Below the pieces are notes generated by a model that did no database searches, was not told the DNA's origin, and saw nothing but the letters and a program-made list of their open reading frames with translations. Source: a virus. From it: a stretch of 64,000 bases of DNA. Both the position numbers and the translations under genes were made by a program. The number at the start of each line of letters is the position of its first letter. Positions within the stretch are counted from its first letter, which is position 1. Location: the IMG/VR virus record IMGVR_UViG_3300021961_000037, positions 1 to 64,000 of that record. One strand, written 5' to 3'. This document shows, piece after piece, positions 9,057 to 18,564 of this stretch.

Positions 9057-9653
9057 GTGGCTGATGAGATTGTTGATGATGCGTCGGTGAAGTATCCCGG
9101 CGAGTTTATTTTGGGTGTTGTGCGTAATTCTTTGCGTCGTCGTCGGAGACGGAAGCGTTTTTCGTTTAAGTCAACTGGTTTGGATGCGAATGCTTCTGTG
9201 CATGACTATTTTTATATCCAAAGCAATAGTCATAGTAAAAGCGCTTCTCCTTATACGAATGATGCGTTGCGTGAACGGTTGAAGAATCGAATCATGGCTG
9301 GTTCTGAGGGTGGTCGCCCTGGTCAGTGGTCTGCTCGTAAGGCTCAGTTGTTGGCTGTTCGTTATCGTGCTGCTGGTGGCGGGTATAAGAAGGGTAAGAA
9401 GCCGACGAAAGCGCAGAGGTCTTTGCGTAAGTGGACTCGTGAGAAGTGGCGTACTTCTGATGGGAAACCGGCTTTGAGGGATGGTCAGATGCGCCGTTAT
9501 CTGCCTGATAAGGTTTGGGGTAAGTTGACGCCTGCCCAGAGGTCTGCCACGAACCGTAAGAAGATTCAGGGTGATGGGCAGGGTCGGCAGTTTGTCCCTA
9601 ATACGGAAGTTGCACGAAAGAAGGGTAAGGCGTACCGCAGTCGGACACGCTGA
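9057..9653 (+). CDS. Basic conserved phage protein (recalled as DUF5872-like)
   Basis: YT...LRER.K.RIMAG..GG.PGQWSARKAQ...GGGY...W..EKW motif. Confidence 0.7.
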   Translation: MADEIVDDASVKYPGEFILGVVRNSLRRRRRRKRFSFKSTGLDANASVHDYFYIQSNSHSKSASPYTNDALRERLKNRIMAGSEGGRPGQWSARKAQLLAVRYRAAGGGYKKGKKPTKAQRSLRKWTREKWRTSDGKPALRDGQMRRYLPDKVWGKLTPAQRSATNRKKIQGDGQGRQFVPNTEVARKKGKAYRSRTR

Positions 9654-9659
9654 TGTTTA

Positions 9660-10112
9660 GTGGTAAATAAGAAATCCGCCCCACAACATGACATTCTTGA
9701 AATCAAGAGGGTTGGGGAATGGGGCAAACTTGAATATCACCACCGTTTGACTTGTGGTCATGTGGAGGTGCGTAAACGCCCGTCTAAGGCCCCTAGGATC
9801 GCTTGTGCGTGGTGTGTGGTGGCTTCCGAGAAGCAGAGGGAGTTGAAGGCTTTAACGATTGTTCAGCCTCCGGTTTTGGAGGAGGTGTGGGATTTTTATG
9901 ATGATTCTGTCGTTGATGAGGTGATGGTCGCCGATTTGCGTTCTGGGGTGGCTAATGCTTTGGGTTGTCCACAGGAGAATGTGGAAGTTGTCGCAACTAT
10001 TGACGACGACGGTAATTTGCGAGTTAATTACGTGTCGGTGTTTTTAGATTATTCGCAAGCAAAAAATATTGCTTCTAGCGGTGCCTCTGTTGTTGACATT
10101 TCTGGGGGCTGA
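9660..10112 (+). CDS. Hypothetical protein with Zn-ribbon-like Cys motifs
   Basis: LTCGH...CAWC. Confidence 0.65.
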   Translation: MVNKKSAPQHDILEIKRVGEWGKLEYHHRLTCGHVEVRKRPSKAPRIACAWCVVASEKQRELKALTIVQPPVLEEVWDFYDDSVVDEVMVADLRSGVANALGCPQENVEVVATIDDDGNLRVNYVSVFLDYSQAKNIASSGASVVDISGG

Positions 10113-10122
10113 CCAGTAACCT
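10093..10122 (+). promoter_or_regulatory. SigA-type promoter for whiB-primase operon
   Basis: TTGACA-18nt-TAACCT. Confidence 0.55.
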
Positions 10123-10143
10123 GATTCCACACAAGGGGGTTCT

Positions 10144-10503
10144 GTGGAACAGTCAATTTATCGGGCTCTTAATTTTGATGTGAATCAAGCGGCCTGTCGT
10201 GGTTCTGACATCAATCTTTTTTATCCGAATACGGCATACAAGAACAGTCGTGGTGGTTCGCGGTTTTATCAAAATCAGGCTATTGCGATTTGTTCTGGTT
10301 GTTCAGTGAAAGATGAGTGTCTTGAATATTCTCTTCATTATGAACCGTGTGGTGTGTGGGGTGGGAAAACAGAAATTGAGCGTGACATCATCAGACGCCA
10401 GCGAGGTATTTCTTTGCCGGCTGATTGTTATCTTCCTGATTCGGTTAAGCGGGAACGCAGGCGTTATAGAATCCCCGTCATGAATCAGCGGGTTGAAGAG
10501 TGA
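10144..10503 (+). CDS. whiB: WhiB family Fe-S transcription factor
   Basis: AAC...FYP...AICSGC.V..ECL...GVWGG..E.ER. Confidence 0.92.
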   Translation: MEQSIYRALNFDVNQAACRGSDINLFYPNTAYKNSRGGSRFYQNQAIAICSGCSVKDECLEYSLHYEPCGVWGGKTEIERDIIRRQRGISLPADCYLPDSVKRERRRYRIPVMNQRVEE

Positions 10504-12257
10504 GCGACATAGTCGCTTCGCAGACCGTTGAGTCTTTTCTTTCTCGATTGAATGGTGTTCGCCGTACTGGTACTGGTTGGCAGGCACGATGCCCTTGCCG
10601 TAACGATGACGATAATCCATCTCTGTCTATTGGTCAGGGCAAGGACGGTCGTGTTCTTGTTAACTGTCACCGTGGTAACGGGTGTGATGCTATTGAGATT
10701 TGTTCATCTTTGGGGATGAAGGTGACTGATTTGTATCCTCCGAGGCAAGAGGAACGAAAACTTACGCTTGTCGCAACATACGACTACCGTGACGAAACTG
10801 GTGCGATTGTTTTTCAGAAACAGCGTTTTGTTGACCAGTGGGGTAAGAAAACTTTTAAGCAGCGTCGTCCAGACCCTACGAATGCAAAGAAGTGGGTGTA
10901 CAGCCTTGATGGTGTGGACAAGATTTTGTATCGGTTGCCTCAGGTTGCGCAGGCTAGGCGAGATGGTGAAGTTATTTGGTTGGTGGAGGGTGAGAAAGAT
11001 GCGGACACGCTTGTTGGGCTCGGTTTGTGTGCGACGACTCCACCGAACGGTGCGGGTAAGTGGCTTGACATCCACACCAAAGCGCTTGAGGGCGCAAATG
11101 TGTTTATCATCGCCGACAACGATGAGGTTGGCAGGGAGCACGCTGTTGATGTCGGAAATGTTCTTGTCAAGAACGGATGCACTGTATCCACTTGGATACC
11201 TCCAAAGGGATTTAAAGATGTAACCGATTTGATTGAGGCTGGCAACACGATCGATGATTTGGTTGAGTTGAAAGATGCCGAGCCTGTTGAGTCAGCGTCA
11301 AAGGAAGTTGAGACAGAAGAGGTAAGTGATGTTGCGGTGGAGAACGCAACAACCAAGATGTCTTCTCTTGCTGAACAGATTGACAAGGTGTTGAATCGTG
11401 ATGATTTGTCGGAGGACACCAGAATTTCTCGTGCCTCAATGTTGTTGTTGCAGTACAACAGGGAAGACGACTACGACAGAGGGAAACTTGTTAACTGGCA
11501 AGAGTTCCTCATGGAGGAAGTTGATGAGGGTTTTGATTGGGTTATCCCAAATCTGATTGAGCGTGGTGAGCGAATCATGGTTGTCGCCGCTGAGGGTGTC
11601 GGTAAAACGATGTTGGCTCGGCAGGTTGCGATTTGTAGTGCCGCTGGAATCAACCCGTTCACTATGTCAAGGATTAAGCCGATTAGAACTTTGACTATTG
11701 ACCTTGAAAACCCGGAGCGGATTATTAGGCGAACATCCACTTCAATTATGGGTGCGGCTAAACGTTTCGGCTATGCGGATTCTATTGATGCACATATTTT
11801 GATTAAACCTGCTGGTGTTGACCTTCTTCGTGCGTCAGATAAGGCAATCATTGAGGAAGCGGTGGACAAGGTAAGACCAGACCTTTTGCTTATTGGTCCC
11901 GTGTATAAGGCTTTCATTGACCCTGGTGGCAGGACTTCTGAGGCTGTAGCCGTTGAGGTTGCGAAGTATTTTGACATGATTCGCGACTATTACAACTGTG
12001 CTCTTTGGCTTGAGCATCACGCCCCCTTGGGTTCTTCGATGGCTACCCGTGATTTGCGCCCGTTTGGTTCTGCGGTATGGTCACGCTGGCCAGAGTTTGG
12101 TATCGCTCTTCAGCCAGACCCAACATCAGTTGGTGAATATGTTTACGATGTTCGTCACTTCCGTGGGGCGAGAGACCAACGCCAGTTCCCCATCAAGATG
12201 AAGCGAGGTAAGGTCTTCCCGTTTGAGGTCATTGAATTCAATAAGATGTCTACATGA
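10500..12257 (+). CDS. DNA primase-helicase (Zn finger + Toprim + RecA/AAA_25-type helicase)
   Basis: RCPC..D..PSLS; VEGEKD, ADNDEVG Toprim; AAEGVGKT Walker A; EHH, GS..W motifs. Confidence 0.9.
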   Translation: MSDIVASQTVESFLSRLNGVRRTGTGWQARCPCRNDDDNPSLSIGQGKDGRVLVNCHRGNGCDAIEICSSLGMKVTDLYPPRQEERKLTLVATYDYRDETGAIVFQKQRFVDQWGKKTFKQRRPDPTNAKKWVYSLDGVDKILYRLPQVAQARRDGEVIWLVEGEKDADTLVGLGLCATTPPNGAGKWLDIHTKALEGANVFIIADNDEVGREHAVDVGNVLVKNGCTVSTWIPPKGFKDVTDLIEAGNTIDDLVELKDAEPVESASKEVETEEVSDVAVENATTKMSSLAEQIDKVLNRDDLSEDTRISRASMLLLQYNREDDYDRGKLVNWQEFLMEEVDEGFDWVIPNLIERGERIMVVAAEGVGKTMLARQVAICSAAGINPFTMSRIKPIRTLTIDLENPERIIRRTSTSIMGAAKRFGYADSIDAHILIKPAGVDLLRASDKAIIEEAVDKVRPDLLLIGPVYKAFIDPGGRTSEAVAVEVAKYFDMIRDYYNCALWLEHHAPLGSSMATRDLRPFGSAVWSRWPEFGIALQPDPTSVGEYVYDVRHFRGARDQRQFPIKMKRGKVFPFEVIEFNKMST

Positions 12258-12895
12258 CGGAAAAGGGTTTGACGCGCGAGTTTCTTGCGGAACGTGATGT
12301 CCGCATCTTCAAGATGCGTCAGGCTGGTGTGCCCATCACGGAGATTGCCCGAAGGTTTGGGGTTACATCAAATTCGGTTAACTCGTCAATTAAGAGGCAG
12401 TTGAACAAGTTGAGCCAAGAAGCGCTTCTTGCCTACCCTGAGGTGCTACAGATGGAATTGGAGCGTCTGGACGCGTTACAGCAGGCAATCTGGCCCCTTA
12501 CGCAGCACCGCAAGGTGAAGATGGATGATGGCACCGAGGTTTCTGTTGAGCCAGACATCAAAGCGGTTTCAACTGTTTTGTCAATTATTGACAGGCGTGC
12601 AAAGTTGCTTGGTATGGAGCAAACCAGTGTCCACGTGAATATGGACGTTCGTGATTCCACTCAGAATATTCGTGCTGCGTTTGCGAATGCGCCGGGTGTT
12701 AAGGAAGTGGAAAAATTTGATCCAGAGTCAGAGGCTAAGAAGTTGCTTGCCGTGATGCGGGAGGCTGGGGTATTGCCAGAAAATGTTGTCAACGAGTTGT
12801 TGGGCAATATTCCTGCTTTGAGCGAGTCATATATTGAAGATGCGGAGGTCATTGAGGATGACGAATCATCTGACTCTGGCGATTCGGGCGCTTAA
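12254..12895 (+). CDS. HTH protein, terminase-small-subunit-like
   Basis: N-terminal HTH (ITEIARRFGV); ELERLD.L...W...AV..VL.IIDRRAKLLG. Confidence 0.6.
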   Translation: MTEKGLTREFLAERDVRIFKMRQAGVPITEIARRFGVTSNSVNSSIKRQLNKLSQEALLAYPEVLQMELERLDALQQAIWPLTQHRKVKMDDGTEVSVEPDIKAVSTVLSIIDRRAKLLGMEQTSVHVNMDVRDSTQNIRAAFANAPGVKEVEKFDPESEAKKLLAVMREAGVLPENVVNELLGNIPALSESYIEDAEVIEDDESSDSGDSGA

Positions 12896-13127
12896 TCTTT
12901 ATCCTGTTTCAATTCATCAGACTCGTTATGGCGGTACTTACGAGGGTGATGATGCTCTTTGGTTCGCTGTTTCGGGAGATGTCCCCGAGGATGCTGTCGG
13001 TGACGATTGCGAGTGTTTGGATTTTTGGCTTTCTGACGATTCACTGCTCGTGGGTCGAGGCAGGACACCGAATGAAGCCCTTGTCAATCTGATTCAGCGA
13101 GTAAAAGGTTTCGCTGAACTTCCATAA
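12858..13127 (+). CDS. Hypothetical protein
   Basis: YPV.I...RYGG.YEG..W...G.G.TPNEA ORF with GGAGG upstream. Confidence 0.6.
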   Translation: MTNHLTLAIRALNLYPVSIHQTRYGGTYEGDDALWFAVSGDVPEDAVGDDCECLDFWLSDDSLLVGRGRTPNEALVNLIQRVKGFAELP

Positions 13128-13219
13128 ATCAATTATAGATTATTGCCGTGTAGCAGATGGCACATATCATTTTGACCGATTGTGCAACGGTTCACTATCA
13201 TTTATGTAATAATATTCGG

Positions 13220-13381
13220 ATGCCTATTTTAGTACTTTTAATAACTGTTGGAATTGTTGCAGTATCACATGCTTTTCTGATGAAGTCTGTTAGCGAATAC
13301 AGTGAGTACGGGTCAAACCCGACACAGGACTGGCGTAATTTCGAAGCCAGCAAGACTGGTTCCCGAGTTAACTTTTTTTAG
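13220..13381 (+). CDS. Small membrane protein
   Basis: MPILVLLITVGIVAVSHAFL hydrophobic N-terminus. Confidence 0.45.
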   Translation: MPILVLLITVGIVAVSHAFLMKSVSEYSEYGSNPTQDWRNFEASKTGSRVNFF

Positions 13382-14209
13382 TTACTTTCTACCCCAGTTA
13401 TATGGGTGTTGGTTGAAAAAGACTTCTTCGCTGAAGTCGGTGGTGATAATCATGTGCTCATCAAATATCTGTTGCGATGTTGGCGGACATCTATCTACCA
13501 CTAGCGTTCTGAGTAGCCACCTGTCGGTTCCGTCGTAGCGTGGTTGAAAAGACTTGCGACCATGGATAGTTTTCCGGTTGTCAAGAACTAGAACATCTGC
13601 GGTTTTTAGAGCAATCTGTTGAATATGATTCGGGATTTCTGTTTTTAGATTTATCAAAGCAACTTCTGCGTCATCATCAATCCCGCGCATCAGGAACTCA
13701 TCAAAACACATTTCAAAACCATCTTCGGTTATTTTCAGAATTGGCATTGTGATGACCTGGTCCGGCTCTCCGTTCTGCCGGAAACTGTCATCAACTGATG
13801 TTATGTATGCATTCCGACATAGTTGACTGATTGTCCAATCGTCAAGACCAGCGACAATATCTTCAACGATTGCATATGTCGTAAACGCTTTTGAATCACC
13901 CCTCAGGCACATCAGCAAAAGATGTGATGGCTTGAACGGGTGAAATGCTGTTTCCGTGTGAAGTTGCAAATCTATTTTGGACGATGAAGATATTTGAGAA
14001 AACTCAGTCCTTGGATTCGGACAAATTGATTGAACCAATCGACCATTTTGTTCCTGTTTATACCCAGTCGGTATTCCGTAATGTCTGGAGAACTTAACAA
14101 GTAAATCGGTTGCCTGCTTTATCTCATCTAACTTTGTCAACGGGGTTATCGGGGTCGGCGGGATGTCACCTATTAGCGCACCCTCAATCAGAGTTACGGG
14201 ATTCATCAC
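13382..14209 (-). CDS. Fe(II)/2-oxoglutarate dioxygenase, clavaminate synthase/AsnO/VioC-like (TauD clan)
   Basis: LHTETAF (HxE), LLMCLR, DN...HGR..F.PRYDGTDRWL.R. Confidence 0.9.
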   Translation of the reverse strand: MMNPVTLIEGALIGDIPPTPITPLTKLDEIKQATDLLVKFSRHYGIPTGYKQEQNGRLVQSICPNPRTEFSQISSSSKIDLQLHTETAFHPFKPSHLLLMCLRGDSKAFTTYAIVEDIVAGLDDWTISQLCRNAYITSVDDSFRQNGEPDQVITMPILKITEDGFEMCFDEFLMRGIDDDAEVALINLKTEIPNHIQQIALKTADVLVLDNRKTIHGRKSFQPRYDGTDRWLLRTLVVDRCPPTSQQIFDEHMIITTDFSEEVFFNQHPYNWGRK

Positions 14210-14418
14210 CTCTCTCCGCGTGATTTACCTTTGCTTGGTTGCTTCTTGCCGACTGGACCATGCAAATCATGAGTACGGAGAGGGTGACCGAACGGCAAAC
14301 GTGTTCGTTTGCGCCCAGCCTTCGTTCCGGGAACAATCTCAACTTCTTTTGTGATTGGGTTTATCCGTTCACGCTGTTGTGGGCCTCGTGAGAGCCCCTT
14401 TCCACGTTTCTTTCCCAT
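14206..14418 (-). CDS. Small highly basic protein
   Basis: Coupled on both sides (TAATG, ATGA overlaps). Confidence 0.6.
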   Translation of the reverse strand: MGKKRGKGLSRGPQQRERINPITKEVEIVPGTKAGRKRTRLPFGHPLRTHDLHGPVGKKQPSKGKSRGER

Positions 14419-14759
14419 TACCTATTGTCCCCGCTTCCGTGGAGAGTGTTTGCTTCTTGCCGCTTTGACAACTTGTCAATGTTGGTTCTCGCAACAGTCG
14501 CCATGTTGACTTTTAGTAATGTGCAGAGTTCTGATATATACCAAAGAACATCACCGATTTCAGCCTGAAGCATGAGGCTCTGTTCATCTGTCAGTTCCGA
14601 ATTGTGGTCACGAATAAGTTTCTTAACCTTGCCAGCAACTTCACCAGCCTCAGAAACTAAACCGAGAGTTAGATACTCAAGAGCCTGCTCTTTGGGGTAT
14701 ACGGCTGTAAGTTTCGTCCTGAATTGGTAGTTTGCAAAATCCATGTCGTCCACTTCCAT
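14418..14759 (-). CDS. MazG-like nucleotide pyrophosphohydrolase
   Basis: LGL.SEAGEVA.KVKK..RD...EIGDVLWY...N..KL..R......GSGDNR. Confidence 0.9.
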   Translation of the reverse strand: MEVDDMDFANYQFRTKLTAVYPKEQALEYLTLGLVSEAGEVAGKVKKLIRDHNSELTDEQSLMLQAEIGDVLWYISELCTLLKVNMATVARTNIDKLSKRQEANTLHGSGDNR

Positions 14760-14771
14760 GATGTTTTCCTA

Positions 14772-15407
14772 CTAAATGTCGTCCCTATAAAAAATTTCAA
14801 AACCAGTATCAATCAGACCAGATGCGAGGGATGAGAAATACGATTCCCGATCAATCGTTTCCTCGTCCAGCGGAACTGGGTCAAGTTTGAGCGATGCCTT
14901 TAATGTTGCAGGATATGTTAAATCACGGAACACATCAAGACCTGCATACCAAAGCGGGCTATTAAATGTCACCTTTCTGCCAAGTTCAATTTTGTAAGGC
15001 AGGGAAATAAATGTTGCGTCTTCTGATGAAATCTGAGTAAAAGAAATACATTCTTTTACAGGGGAGTCTGGTTCTGCAAAAAGTTCTGCGAGATTCTGGT
15101 CTTTCGTGTCTGAGGGGCTCATTGAGCAGTATGCCTCAGCAATAAACGTGAACTGATCCACGCCCCATCCACGCCTCATGATGCATGCAGCCTTTGTGAG
15201 AGCCTCAATCCGCTTGTCTCGTTCCATCTGGTGCGTTTCTCGTAACTGCATGATGCAGACAAGTTCGTCATTTTTCCAGCAGAAGAGGTTGATATTTAGG
15301 TCTTCGCCAATCCCCTCTTCTTTGATTGTCAATGATTTTGCGACTTTCGTGGATTCGACGGCAAGCGCCAATTTGTCAAACTCTGTGGCGTATTTACCTG
15401 TCTGCAT
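14772..15407 (-). CDS. Hypothetical protein (apparent distant paralog of 5993-6547)
   Basis: ORF from MQTGKY; shared blocks. Confidence 0.7.
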   Translation of the reverse strand: MQTGKYATEFDKLALAVESTKVAKSLTIKEEGIGEDLNINLFCWKNDELVCIMQLRETHQMERDKRIEALTKAACIMRRGWGVDQFTFIAEAYCSMSPSDTKDQNLAELFAEPDSPVKECISFTQISSEDATFISLPYKIELGRKVTFNSPLWYAGLDVFRDLTYPATLKASLKLDPVPLDEETIDRESYFSSLASGLIDTGFEIFYRDDI

Positions 15408-15493
15408 ACAGGAATACGGTACTCCATCTGCATGCCCACCAACGGGAAGGGGGTTGCATTTTGGTGGTATCTCTCTCAACTAGTGTCTTCACT

Positions 15494-15760
15494 ATGGCAT
15501 CAAAGAAAAAGACACCAACAAAGAGCAACAAAAAGAAGACAACAACCAAGAAGAAGGCTGCTCCCAAGAAGAGCCGCCCTGCCTCAACATCGACAGCCAA
15601 GGCTTCGGTCGCTAAGGCACAGGTTGAGGTCGCTGCTGCTGTCTCCAGTGTTGAGCCGGTCGCTAAGGAAGTGGCAGGGAATGTAGTCGTTTACGCAAAC
15701 GATGTGAAGTCCAAGTCGCTCCGCCAGCGCGTCCTCGCCTGGTTCCGCAACGCACAGTAA
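15494..15760 (+). CDS. Lys/Ala-rich protein (histone H1-like N-terminus)
   Basis: MASKKKTPTKSNKKKTTTKKKAAPKK; TAGTGT-7nt-ATG. Confidence 0.7.
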   Translation: MASKKKTPTKSNKKKTTTKKKAAPKKSRPASTSTAKASVAKAQVEVAAAVSSVEPVAKEVAGNVVVYANDVKSKSLRQRVLAWFRNAQ

Positions 15761-15803
15761 CTTTTCCTATCGCAGATAGGCAAGGTACATTTGCTGTTTT
15801 GTG

Positions 15804-16160
15804 CTACCCCGAAATGGGTTGCCGCACAACGGAAATATCTATTCTGTCGGCCAGTTGACGTAAAAGTTTTACGCCCTGTGCTGTCTCATGCATAGAGCAC
15901 CAGTCCTCTAGCCCGCTATCAATCATTGCTTCAAGGTACTCAACACCAACTAAAAATTTGGCGATGTTCGCTTTAGGAACACCATACTTTTCGATATCGG
16001 TTTCTTCCTTGTTCAATAGTTTCTCTGATGCTCCGCAGGCAAGCAACAGTGCGCCGACAATATCTACAGACTTTGTGTATGGGTCATATGTCAGCGTTTT
16101 GGACATCCCGCGGTTCTGCAGGATGTCAGACGCCTGTCTGTATATGCCATGCACGCCCAT
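15804..16160 (-). CDS. Hypothetical protein
   Basis: ORF downstream of nrdJ; start uncertain. Confidence 0.6.
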   Translation of the reverse strand: MGVHGIYRQASDILQNRGMSKTLTYDPYTKSVDIVGALLLACGASEKLLNKEETDIEKYGVPKANIAKFLVGVEYLEAMIDSGLEDWCSMHETAQGVKLLRQLADRIDISVVRQPISG

Positions 16161-16183
16161 GTCGTGTAAGCAGAAAAACATGA

Positions 16184-18115
16184 TTAACGAATTGGGCAAG
16201 CCCCAGAAGCGCAAGCATCCATATCCAAATCGTCACCCGATGTGTTGCTGAGTTTGATGCTCATGTCAATCTTCTTTGACATTGCGTTGTATTCGTCCTC
16301 CGTTATTTCCTCATATGGGGGCAACGGGAAGTTGTGGTCGCTATGCAAAAGGAATGAAACTGACTTTACATTCTCGTCGTAGTTCTTGGACAACCATTCC
16401 TTGATGGAGTCAAGTTCGTCCTTCTTGTAATAAACAGTTACGGACACAGCATTGTCTGCCCATACCCTCTGCATTTTTGCGACCCACTCCAACTGTTCAA
16501 TGGCGGTCATGTTCTTGGCAAGAATGGCGTTATCTGGCGACTTGCACGGGAACTCCACGACGTACTTGGTGTGATCTTCACGACCATCCAATCCGATATC
16601 CCACACCACTTTGTGCCCACGCTTGCGCAGCGAGTCAACTAGAGCGTCAGCGGCCCCAAAGCGCACTCGCCGAATGTAGAAAGGTGCAAATGCTGGGTGA
16701 ATACCCGGTGTGACCCCTGGGAGAAGGGAAAGCGTTCCAGACGGCTGAACAGTGGTCAAACGAACAGACTTCGGCAAATTGTTTTTCGCTGAATACGTTT
16801 CGTCATATTCTTCAAGAGCCTTATACGCATTTGACAGCCACCCAATCTGCTGTTCAGTGCACTGGAGGATTCCAGTGATGCTCTGACCTAGGCGTGCATT
16901 CTTTCGAACGATGTTTGTCGTCTTTTCGTATGGGTATTCCAGTCTGGTGATTTGCTTCTGGAGCATGTAGAGCAAACGGGAAATTTCTCGTAGTTCTTTC
17001 TCCGAGCGAACATTCGGAAGGAATATGGTTGCGAGGTTGCATGATTCTCCGTCACCCAATGCAATCTCTGCACATGGGTTGAATCCCTCAACTGTGTTAT
17101 CAGCCTTCGCTTCCCCAGTTCGCCCATACTTTCTTGCTAGACGGCGGTTGACAAGACCATAGGGCTCACCATTGCCCGTGTAGCCCTTCCAGAGTTCTGG
17201 TTGGATGTGCTCGTAGTAATCGGCATAAATGCTGTTGTTGCTGTTTGCTCGCCATGCTGGGATGTCGCCAGATGCCCAGTTTTTTGCTCGCAAAAACAGC
17301 ACATCGTCCGGGTCTCCGATAGCGATTTGGGCAGAACGGCGAGACGACCCAGAAACAACAATTCGTCCAATGATGTTGCATATGTCAAGAACATCAATGG
17401 AACGCAACTTCTTGCCTTCACGGTTGTGGAACACCTTGGAAATGTCTTCAATGCCCTCCACTAGTGCGCCAGGTCCGCTTGCGGTTCCACCAAACGTCTT
17501 CAGTGGGGCACCAAACTCACGAATCAGAATCGTTGAGTACGAGAAAGACTTTCCCGTTTCAAAGAATGATTTCAGGACACTGTGTAGAAGTCGTCGCCAC
17601 CCTTGGCGGGAGTCTGGGACGATGATGTCAGCATCGTTTGACCGCTCGTGTGTGATTCGTACACCTGGCTTCACTTTTGGAAGGTCGTGAATCTTCGATC
17701 GCTCAACGGAAAAACCAACACCTCCACCGAGCATCAAGTAATCGAAAAGAAGTTCAAAATCTTCAATTGATTCAATGTTTGTGAAATAGCAGTTGTTCAG
17801 CGATGAGGCGTTGAATTTTTTGATTAGTGGAGTTCCGAGTTGCCATAGTGCGCGACCAGAGAAAGAGCAACGCAGGTTGTAGACATGGTCAAAGATTGAT
17901 TCCAAATCTTTTTGTGTCCATTGGACGCCGATGTCTACCGCACCGTTTACGCATCGTGAAACTGTTTCAATCCATGTTTCATTTCGATCAAGACCTTCAA
18001 TTGGTCGAGAGTACGTGCGGAGGTAAACGATTTCTCCAAGCCCACTAAAACCCCACGGAGGTGTTACATGACGGTATTGTTCCAAAAATTCTGGGGTTAG
18101 TGATGCCTTGGACAT
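16184..18115 (-). CDS. nrdJ: Class II (adenosylcobalamin-dependent) ribonucleotide reductase, monomeric RTPR type
   Basis: RTYSR, GRALW, NNC, LMLGGGVGF, RRSAQIA.GD, NPCAEI, CNL, TTVQPSGTLS, W.DNAVSVT, C-terminal CASGACP. Confidence 0.95.
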   Translation of the reverse strand: MSKASLTPEFLEQYRHVTPPWGFSGLGEIVYLRTYSRPIEGLDRNETWIETVSRCVNGAVDIGVQWTQKDLESIFDHVYNLRCSFSGRALWQLGTPLIKKFNASSLNNCYFTNIESIEDFELLFDYLMLGGGVGFSVERSKIHDLPKVKPGVRITHERSNDADIIVPDSRQGWRRLLHSVLKSFFETGKSFSYSTILIREFGAPLKTFGGTASGPGALVEGIEDISKVFHNREGKKLRSIDVLDICNIIGRIVVSGSSRRSAQIAIGDPDDVLFLRAKNWASGDIPAWRANSNNSIYADYYEHIQPELWKGYTGNGEPYGLVNRRLARKYGRTGEAKADNTVEGFNPCAEIALGDGESCNLATIFLPNVRSEKELREISRLLYMLQKQITRLEYPYEKTTNIVRKNARLGQSITGILQCTEQQIGWLSNAYKALEEYDETYSAKNNLPKSVRLTTVQPSGTLSLLPGVTPGIHPAFAPFYIRRVRFGAADALVDSLRKRGHKVVWDIGLDGREDHTKYVVEFPCKSPDNAILAKNMTAIEQLEWVAKMQRVWADNAVSVTVYYKKDELDSIKEWLSKNYDENVKSVSFLLHSDHNFPLPPYEEITEDEYNAMSKKIDMSIKLSNTSGDDLDMDACASGACPIR

Positions 18116-18194
18116 TGATTGCGCCTTTTCTTTCGTAGATAGAATTAGATAAGAGGATAATTATACGCCAGCCCCCTCTTTCAGTAAATTGGAC

Positions 18195-18497
18195 TTACTG
18201 ATTAATTAGACCAAGTTCACGTGCTGTGGATAAAGGGATTGCTTGCCCTTTTCTGTACTTGAGAACTTTGATTGTTTGTCTGGGCGCAATTTGCTTTTCC
18301 TCGTAGATATTTTCTTCCACAACAAACATTTGGTCTTTGTCAAGCGACGGGAATACACCCACTCCGAAAATGCGTTCTGGTGGGATATGGTTTTCTGGAA
18401 TGCAGTCACCAGTCGGGTGCCCACAAACTGGGCATGGTGAGCGATCTGCTCGAATTAGGCGGATATCTCCGTAGATGTACTCTTCTGACTCGCCCAT
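18195..18497 (-). CDS. Hypothetical protein (CPVCGHPTGDC)
   Basis: ORF; TAACAT-6nt-ATG. Confidence 0.65.
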   Translation of the reverse strand: MGESEEYIYGDIRLIRADRSPCPVCGHPTGDCIPENHIPPERIFGVGVFPSLDKDQMFVVEENIYEEKQIAPRQTIKVLKYRKGQAIPLSTARELGLINQ

Positions 18498-18517
18498 TTC
18501 AAGATGTTACTACACAG

Positions 18518-18546
18518 CAAAAGGGCGGCACCTTTCGGTGCCGCCC
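18518..18546 (-). terminator. Rho-independent terminator
   Basis: GGGCGGCACC-GAAA-GGTGCCGCCC followed by TTTT on minus strand. Confidence 0.85.
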
Positions 18547-18564
18547 AATCCGCCAGAAGGGGGT

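Noticed and set aside
16184-18115. Intein/intron in nrdJ or a cobalamin riboswitch upstream
   Set aside because: Length is normal, motifs are contiguous, and the leader is too short for a riboswitch
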